From positions 8,618,001 to 8,682,000 of the forward strand of contig CM022675.1 of the NCBI GenBank assembly GCA_012295275.1: 64,000 nt of DNA. The letters are read 5' to 3'. Of this stretch, positions 56,335 to 64,000 are shown piece after piece (the first letter of the stretch is position 1; each line of letters opens with the position of its first letter). A program made the position numbers and the translations under genes. Under the pieces are notes generated by a model that ran no database searches, was not told where the DNA came from, and saw only the letters and a list, made by a program, of their open reading frames with translations. The stretch comes from Chrysomallon squamiferum. Lineage: Eukaryota; Animalia; Mollusca.

Positions 56335-58374
56335 TTGGTTGGAGGAAAGAAAGATTAATATTTTAATATGCTTTTTGTGAGCTTGTATACTTTTTTAACT
56401 GAAATTTTTAAAGTGTAAGATTTTTAAATTTTTTAAATTTTTTAATATGTTTATGTTCAGATCTTGTGTTGAAACAAGAAAAAAAAATTCAAATTTTCAG
56501 AAGGAATGTTTTTAAAATAAGCAGTTTAATCTTTACTCTTGCAGTAATATACAGTTTTTAAACAAAATTTTGAAATAGTAAGCTTGAAAAAGATAATAAT
56601 TTCTATTTGTTCTAAAAGGTGAAAAAGTTATAAAAAAATAACTGCCTGTTTAAGAGATCTTGAAATCTTTAAAATATTTTTATTTTTATTTTTATCCATA
56701 AAAATAATAATAATTGTAAATGTCAACAAGATTTTAAACTAGATGCCAAAAAATGTGTTGGTTTTTTTTTTTATTCTGTTTATCTAGTTACAGAAATAAT
56801 TTTATGTGTTAAAAAATATTATAAAACTTTCATGCTGGAATTAAAATATCTCTAAAAAATGTTTTTAATTTTATTATTATTTTACTTTACATATGTAATT
56901 CTTTTTCTTCTTCTTCTTCTTTTTTTAATGTTAAGAAATTCTGTGCATGAAAAAAATAGTTTTAAGTGAAATCTTTTTTTTTTTTCTTTTCTTCTACACC
57001 TAAAAAGAATATTCACCTCAAAATTACTAATTTTTGCTATTAAATTAAACGGTACTATATTCCATGCAGGTTTATTCATTGTCGTTTGTTCTGAAGCAAA
57101 TTAACACCTGAGTGAACAATTAACCTGCAGTAGGTATTTAAAATCAGGTCATCTCGTACAAAACTTTTCAAATGATGATTATTCATCGGCAAAAAAAACA
57201 GCGAAGACAGAATTTAACAAAATCTCATTTTACCAGCGAAAAAAATAGAATCAAAACTGAAAAAAAAGTTATTTTTAATTTGCTTTTGGACAGGGTTTTA
57301 TTCTTTATTGCATCTGGTTGAGTTAGATAATAACATTTTTTTGTGTATTCTGTGAAAAACTAAAATGATACTGTAAATGATCTATTTTATATATTTTTTT
57401 TATTTCTTATATTTTTTATATTTTTTTATTTTTTTTTATTTTCTCATTTTTTATTTTTTTTTTTATTTATTTTTTATTTTTTATTTTTTAATCTTTATAT
57501 CTTTTTTTATTTTTTAAATTTTAAATTTTTGGTTTTAAATTTATTACAGTTTTATCATTTTAATTTAAACTTATTTTATTTTTATTTTATTTATGATTTG
57601 CATTTTAGAACATGAAATTAAAATATAAATACATTTCATCTGTTTAATGTTATTTATTACATTTTTAATAATCTTGATATTTAATTTTCTTTTTAACAGT
57701 TTTCTTTTAAATATAAAATAAAAATTCTGAGTCAAATGATGTAAATCGTTTTTTAATCTTTAAAGAAAAAAGTTAAATTTTAGTACATGCTTGTAAAGCC
57801 ACAGAAATTGTACAGATTTGTAAACTTTATTTTTAACAAAATTATTAAAACTATTTTATAAAAAATCCTGCAGACTTTTTGTATAAACTGTATATAAAAT
57901 ATAAATGGAATTCATATTAAGATGTAGATTCTCTTCTCATGCTATGTCCTTATATTCCAAAATCTGAAATATTCTGAAATCTAAAACACTTCCAATCCAA
58001 AATCATTTTGGATAAAGGATTCTTAGGATTTAGTTAATAATATAATTTATTTAAATTTCTTTCTTTCTAATTTTTTAAATCTAATTTTTTAAACAATGCT
58101 GTAAATTTATTCTTTTTCTTTCTTTTTATTCTGTTTTTGTTTTCTTTCACTTGACCTCTCACAGTCATTAAAATAAAATAAATGTGCTTTAATGTGATCT
58201 ACATCAGTATCCATTTACATTTTATTGTGTATTATGTTCAGACACTGGTTCAAAACTCAGTGTCAAAGGTCATTCATTCATTCATTCTTTCTTTCTTTCT
58301 TTCGTTCATTCTTCAACACTATAATTATTGCTTGTTACTTATTGTCATTATCATCATCATCATCATCATCATCA

Positions 58375-58415
<41 letters not shown>

Positions 58416-58660
58416 GTTATAGTTATTACTGTTATTATTGTTGTTGTTAATATTATTCTTAACATTATCATTGCCAATATTTCATTGTTATAATCATTAT
58501 CACCATTATCATCATTGTAATCACCATATTTGCATTATCATCATCAATTCTTCTTCTTATTCTTATTCTTATTATTATTATTATAATTATAATTACTAAT
58601 TTTATGCTGTTGTTGTTGTTGTAGCTGTGTTGAGCTATGACTGTTGACGTGTACTAGACA

Positions 58661-58739
58661 ATGTCTGAGGAAAACAGGAATACTCACATTAAAACTGAGG
58701 CAGAGAGCTCCAGTGGGCAGGAGGCAGGACTCAAAGATG
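58661..58739 (+). CDS. Probable first coding exon of an unidentified gene, encoding MSEENRNTHIKTEAESSSGQEAGLKD+G (phase-1 donor). The exon itself probably spans 58625-58739.
   Basis: Acceptor (tgt)n-gtag at 58624 and a strong donor ATG|GTGAGT at 58740. ATG in ACAATGT context with an in-frame upstream TAG at 58655-57. Purine/GC-rich, non-repetitive codons amid microsatellites. Contains an IKTE (psi-K-x-E) SUMO consensus. Too short to identify the gene. Confidence 0.65.
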
Positions 58740-58990
58740 GTGAGTACTGACATTACTCACACTTCTTAGTTTCATGTATTTCAGCCATATTGTATCAGCC
58801 ATTTTTTCTCACTGTGAAGAAATATCTGAGAATGTTCTGGAAGGGGATGACATTGGAAAATCTTCTGCATGATATCAGGAAAAACTCATACAAATAAGAT
58901 CTGATAACTTAATGAAGTATATGTATGAGGCATATGTTTTGTAAACCTGTAACTTTATTATTGTGAAAGTCCTGGTACTAATACTTTACT

Positions 58991-59026
<36 letters not shown>

Positions 59027-59473
59027 TAGAAATGTCTTTGTAATTCATTACAAGGACATATTATAATATGTTTCTTTGTTTTGATTCTGATGTAAGTAAT
59101 AACTGTTTGACATCTTAGCTTAATTGTCATTAAACAGTTAATGTCCATCTTTCTCTATCTTTGTGCTGTTTCTTTGCATCTCTCGGTATCTCTCTCTTTA
59201 CCTCTGTCATATATATATATATAGAATAACAATATTTATATATATATATATATATACCTCCTTATATCCATCTATCTCTATCCTTTTCTCTTTCTCTGTT
59301 TCTTTATCTTTCTCACCTTTTTCTTTTCTCTTTTTCAATTTCTCTATCTTTCTCCCTCTTACTCACTTTCTCATTGATTAATTCTCAATATTCTTTCTCT
59401 TTCTCTTTTTAAGTCTCCATCTTTGTCTTTCTATTTCTCTGTCTCACTTCCTCATTTTATCACTAATTCATTC

Positions 59474-59559
<86 letters not shown>

Positions 59560-60429
59560 TCTCCTGTACAGACACATCAAAATGTTTTGTACAGTGATTT
59601 GTTTGTTAATACTTGATAGCCAAACAACAGACACATCAACATCTGAAAATGTACGTGTATCTATGTGTCTGTGTTTGTACATACATTCTGTTGAATGACC
59701 AGTCATTTGAAAAACAAACTTGTCTGGTATAAATGCAGTTTGACCTGAAGAAATCAACTCAAGTTTTACCTTAAGGAATTTTATCTAGAAGAAGAAGTAA
59801 ATTCTGAAGTGTGAAAAAAAAGAAAAATAAATAAATGAAAACAAAAAATATAGAAAGAAAGATTAACATCAATAAATATAACAACAATTTTTTTGTAGAA
59901 AGAAGATATTTTTGAAAATTCAAAAAAACAAAAATGTAATCCTATATGCAGAATTTTTTCCCTTACAAGATATCCATGAATTTATTTTGAAGAAAAAAGG
60001 TAAATATTAAAAAATTATCAAAAAAAAACTTATCTTCAAAATTCTAAAAATAAAACACTAAATTCTTGAAATTTCATAAAGAAATCAAAATATGTTTTTT
60101 AGAAATTATTAAAATAAAATAAAATATAATACAGGCATCAAAATTATTATTATAATTAATATATTTTTTAAAGTAATGGCCAAAAGAGAGTCAAATATTT
60201 TTCTAAATATCAAACAGTGTTAAAAATTATCAAGAAAAAATCCCAACCCAGAACCCCAAAACCCCAAAACAAAAACAAAAACAAAACGTACTCAAAATAT
60301 TTATCAAACTCAGACAAAATATTTGTCACAATATTAAATTCTCATTAAACTCTTATCACAATAAAAACCAGAATAATAAAAAAAAAAAAGAAGAGGAAAA
60401 TAAACCCCAAAACGTCTCAATAACAACAA

Positions 60430-60920
60430 TCCCGTTCTTCTTCAGAAAATGATTTCTCAAGGAAGCAAACAAATTCAGGTGTTTCCAACACTTGTCAAAA
60501 ATCCCTGGTTAGCAACAAAACCCCTAACAAGCTGTTACACAAACAGAAGAAACTGGATTCTTCGAATGGTCTCTTTCCAAATACAGTGTGTTAATTCTGT
60601 TGGGAGAAGCTGTCCAAATAACAGCTGAGTTTCCACTTTGTTGTAGTCAGGGTATTGAAAGGCTCGGCAAGCAAACACCAAGTTAAATCTCTCCGCATGC
60701 AGTCGGCCATCTTAACAAGGATGTCTTTTGCTGGACACATGGGGTGACAGGATCCACCTGTTTGGATGACCTTTGACCCCCCCTGTTCCGTAATTTTTCA
60801 AATTGTGTAGAGATGGTGGGGGGAGAAATGGGAGGAGGGGCAGGTGGGGAGGATTTGACACCTGTTCATTTGCAGTGTTCACCTGTGTCGTAATGTTTTG
60901 GGGAATACGCCCCTGTTACA
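60430..60920. promoter_or_regulatory. Intronic enhancer-like island with a perfect DR1 nuclear-receptor element
   Basis: TGACCTTTGACCC 60767-79 (reverse GGGTCAAAGGTCA), five CAGGTG/CACCTG E-boxes, a GGCCATCTT YY1-like motif, and raised GC. Confidence 0.5.
60658..60740. other. Duplicated non-coding element, copy 1
   Basis: The 33-bp core gcatgcagtcggccatcttaacaaggatgtctt (60695-60727) is identical to 63680-63712. Confidence 0.85.
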
Positions 60921-61599
60921 TGTTTTTCCCATTCCAAACTGTTCCAGTTATTATTATAGCTTTTTATTATAATAATTATCTGTTGGTTTAATTATTGCCT
61001 CTTCCAGTATTACTACTGCTAATATTATTATTATTATTATTATACCAGTAATAATTATTTTAAACTTCTGTTTGAGCTAAATGATATAATGTGTATTAAA
61101 CATAATATGTACAACACACAGTTAATGTTATTTTGGAGTGTTTAAAATGGTTTAAAAATTAATAATATTTTCTTTTTTTAAAAGAAGAAAACAAATGAGT
61201 AAATTATAATATTGAATTTTAGTTTTTTAGCTGCTTGAACATTTGATAGTTATCTTAATTAATTTTGAATTTTTTTTTTTAATTTCTTTTATGTTTGGGT
61301 GTAAAAAATACTAAGTAATACATGATTTGATATGTAGCTATTAATTAATCATTGTATCTAACTAGGTACATAAAAAAAGATTAATCCACAAATGAATGGA
61401 TTTTTTTTTTTTTTTTTTTATTTGAATTTGTAAATTTGAAACTTAATAGTTATAACAGTGGTGGTAGCAGCAATAGCAGTAGCAGTAGTAATAGTTGTTG
61501 TAGTAGCAGTAGCAGTATAAGTATTATTAGATATCCAACTACTAGTAGTAGTGGTAGTAGTAGTGGCAGTTGAAATAACAGTAGTGGAAGAAATACATT

Positions 61600-62105
61600 G
61601 TATTTGGATATGTTCTACACATTTATTCAGTAATATAATATCCATTCTTGTTATTTTTGACAAATATTCAGGAACATGGTGTCCACATGTATATACTGAC
61701 ATTTCCAGACAGATTACAGGATACTCATAACAAATATGTTTAACACATTTATTCAGCAATATGATTTCTCTACTGGATATATTTTGTACATATGTATTTA
61801 CTCATATGATATCCATACTGGATATCTTCAACACTTATATTCAAAAATATACATTTGTTGCATAAAATGATATACTTATTGGAAATCTTCTACATATTTG
61901 TTGAATAATATGATATCTGCATAGGATATTATATACACATATACTTGGTAACATGATTTCCATATTTTTATCTTCTACACACATATTCAGTAACATGATA
62001 TCCTTATTGGATATTGTCTACACACATATTCAGTAACATGATATCCTTATTGGATATCTTCTACACATATTCAGTAACATGATATCCATGTTGGACATTG
62101 TCTGA
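61600..62105. repeat. 41-43 bp minisatellite (acatattcagtaacatgatatccttattggatat..tctac)
   Basis: Three near-identical copies at 61980-62100 and degenerate copies leftwards. Confidence 0.85.
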
Positions 62106-63458
62106 TTTTTTTTTAAGCAAAGTAATAGAAATTTTACAAACATGTCAAGCTGGAACACAAAGCCGACAGCAAACACTGTAACACAATGTTCTGTACACTA
62201 ATACATGATGCTCACAATGTGCTCACGCTCACAGACGACATTAAACTCATCGTGTTCACAGGTATTTGCTCATGGGAGATGAGACCTTTACTTCCAATTG
62301 AATTCGTTCGAGGAATGCCGTGCTCTATTCATTTCATCAGTTCTGCATAGAAAGTAGCTTGTGTGTGTGTCTTTTAGAATGGTTCACTGAGGATGTCTGT
62401 ACATATATATTGATAATTTGTTGTGCAGAAGAGGTTTGGTGTGTACGAGTGTGTGACACTGGGTACAGAAAAAGAAAGAAAAAGAAGGACTGATAGAGAG
62501 AAAGAAAGACAGAAAGGGTGAGATAGAAAGAAAAGAAAGATGGTGAGACATAAGGAAGAATGAGAGAGAGAGAAAGAATGAAAAAAATATAAGAAAGAAA
62601 GAAGGGAAGAGAAAGAGAAAGTAAATTTCAATGAGCTGTTTATGGTTGGCTTATAACTTTTAAGTTGACCACCCTTGAATATGGCTGTACATAAACATAT
62701 GTGGTTAAATGTAAAGTAATTGTGTGTGTGTGTGTGTGTGTGTGTAATACTAAAGGTATCTGAGTATGCAATAATGATTACAGTGTAGACAGTGTCTTGT
62801 TATGTACACAGAAAGGAGCCTAGTGCTGGTCTTGTTTCTTTTATAAAAAGTTGATAGACTCTGTGAATGTATATAGAAGGAATGTTTTAGTGACTCTGTC
62901 TATGTATGTAGACAGAATACTTTATTGAGTGGCTCTGTGCATACTGGAATGTGTTAGAAAGATCTCTAATTTCACCTGTGTGTTAATGTAGCACTTGAAC
63001 TTATTTTCAGTTGGTATATGTGTCTGTCTCTCTTTTCACTTTAGCATAAAGAATTTTCCTTGTAGAATAGAATTTTGCAAACTTTAGCATCTGTCTTTCT
63101 GTATGTATGTGTGCCTGTATTTTTTTATTAAAGCACAGAGAAATCTTTTGTCTTTAGTTTGCCTGTCTGTCTATATATATATATATATATATCTTTGAAT
63201 TTTCATTACATTAAAGTGTACTTGAATCTCTGTCTTTCTCTGTGCCTCTTCATTGTTAATTTTAAGTCCCAGTGTTTGAATTGGTCAACTGAGAACAGAT
63301 CTAAAAGTTCAGATGAAGATTTTAGCTCGTGAATCTTGTCCTCAACTTTTTGATGTGTTTATAACAAACAAAGATGTCTGATTGTGAAATCATCTCAGAT
63401 CTGTACAGAGAGGTTGAATCTTTCAGATAATTTAATTAACAGTGCACTCAACATACTT

Positions 63459-63532
<74 letters not shown>

Positions 63533-63644
63533 CACAAACATATACACATAAAAATATAAAGGTTAAGGATTATAATAAATAAAAAGAGATAAAAAATAAA
63601 ATAAAAAAAAAACCCAGCAGAATTTGTTTCATGTAGAGAGCATA

Positions 63645-63726
63645 AAAGGTTCACCAAGCCAACAGCGAGTCAAATCTCTGCATGCAGTCGGCCATCTTAA
63701 CAAGGATGTCTTATATACTGACACAT
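63645..63726. other. Duplicated non-coding element, copy 2
   Basis: Same core, with alignable but diverged flanks. Confidence 0.85.
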
Positions 63727-64000
63727 TCAGATGTCGGATTCACAATAAATAATAAAACTGAGATATAAAAATATGACAGAGAGATAACAGAAACAGCAAC
63801 ACATAATCAGAAAATGTAAATAAAAAGATGGGACTGCATAGTTTCTTGTCTCATTCTGTTACTTGGCTATCGGGGCTGGCTGCCCTGTATAGTTTGTTAT
63901 CAAAACAAACAGAGATGGAAAGAATCCAAACATGTGGAAGCAGTTTTTGTGTGTGTTGTGATCTGTGTTTAACATTCCAACCTGTGCTCCATCTTGGTTT

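Noticed and set aside
60446-60594. Phase-1-compatible open frame after a ttcttcttcag acceptor (ENDFSRKQTNSG...)
   Set aside because: Only weak donors before the stop and no recognisable protein. It cannot be excluded without RNA data.
62129-62261. Open frame KHVKLEHKADSK...VFT ending at CAG|GTATTT
   Set aside because: No good in-phase acceptor and an in-frame TAG immediately upstream.

Overview
A very AT-rich, microsatellite- and minisatellite-dense stretch of animal (eukaryotic) genomic DNA. There is no prokaryotic operon, rRNA, tRNA, CRISPR array or intact transposase/RT ORF. Almost every ORF in the supplied track is a translation of simple repeats. A degraded dispersed repeat family resembles, from memory only, a gastropod tRNA-derived SINE, so a mollusc source is plausible but unproven. 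The best-supported reading is that most of the window is the very long 5' leader/intron region of one + strand gene. It has a CpG-retaining promoter at about 5.8 kb, several further promoter-like islands and small exon candidates (8.2, 9.3, 11.3, 19.5, 35.9, 37.9, 40.0 kb), and a first coding exon at 58625-58739 (MSEENRNTHIKTEAESSSGQEAGLKD..., phase-1 GTGAGT donor). A divergent minus-strand gene may start at 146. The most notable items are: a duplicated 70-bp non-coding element with a 33-bp identical core (60.7 and 63.7 kb); an in-frame 6-codon uORF ending 3 nt before the main ATG; AG|GT recursive-splice-like sites; two homologous ATTGG-bearing minisatellites on either side of the ATG exon; and several homotypic TF-motif clusters. 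All gene structures are inferred from sequence signals only.
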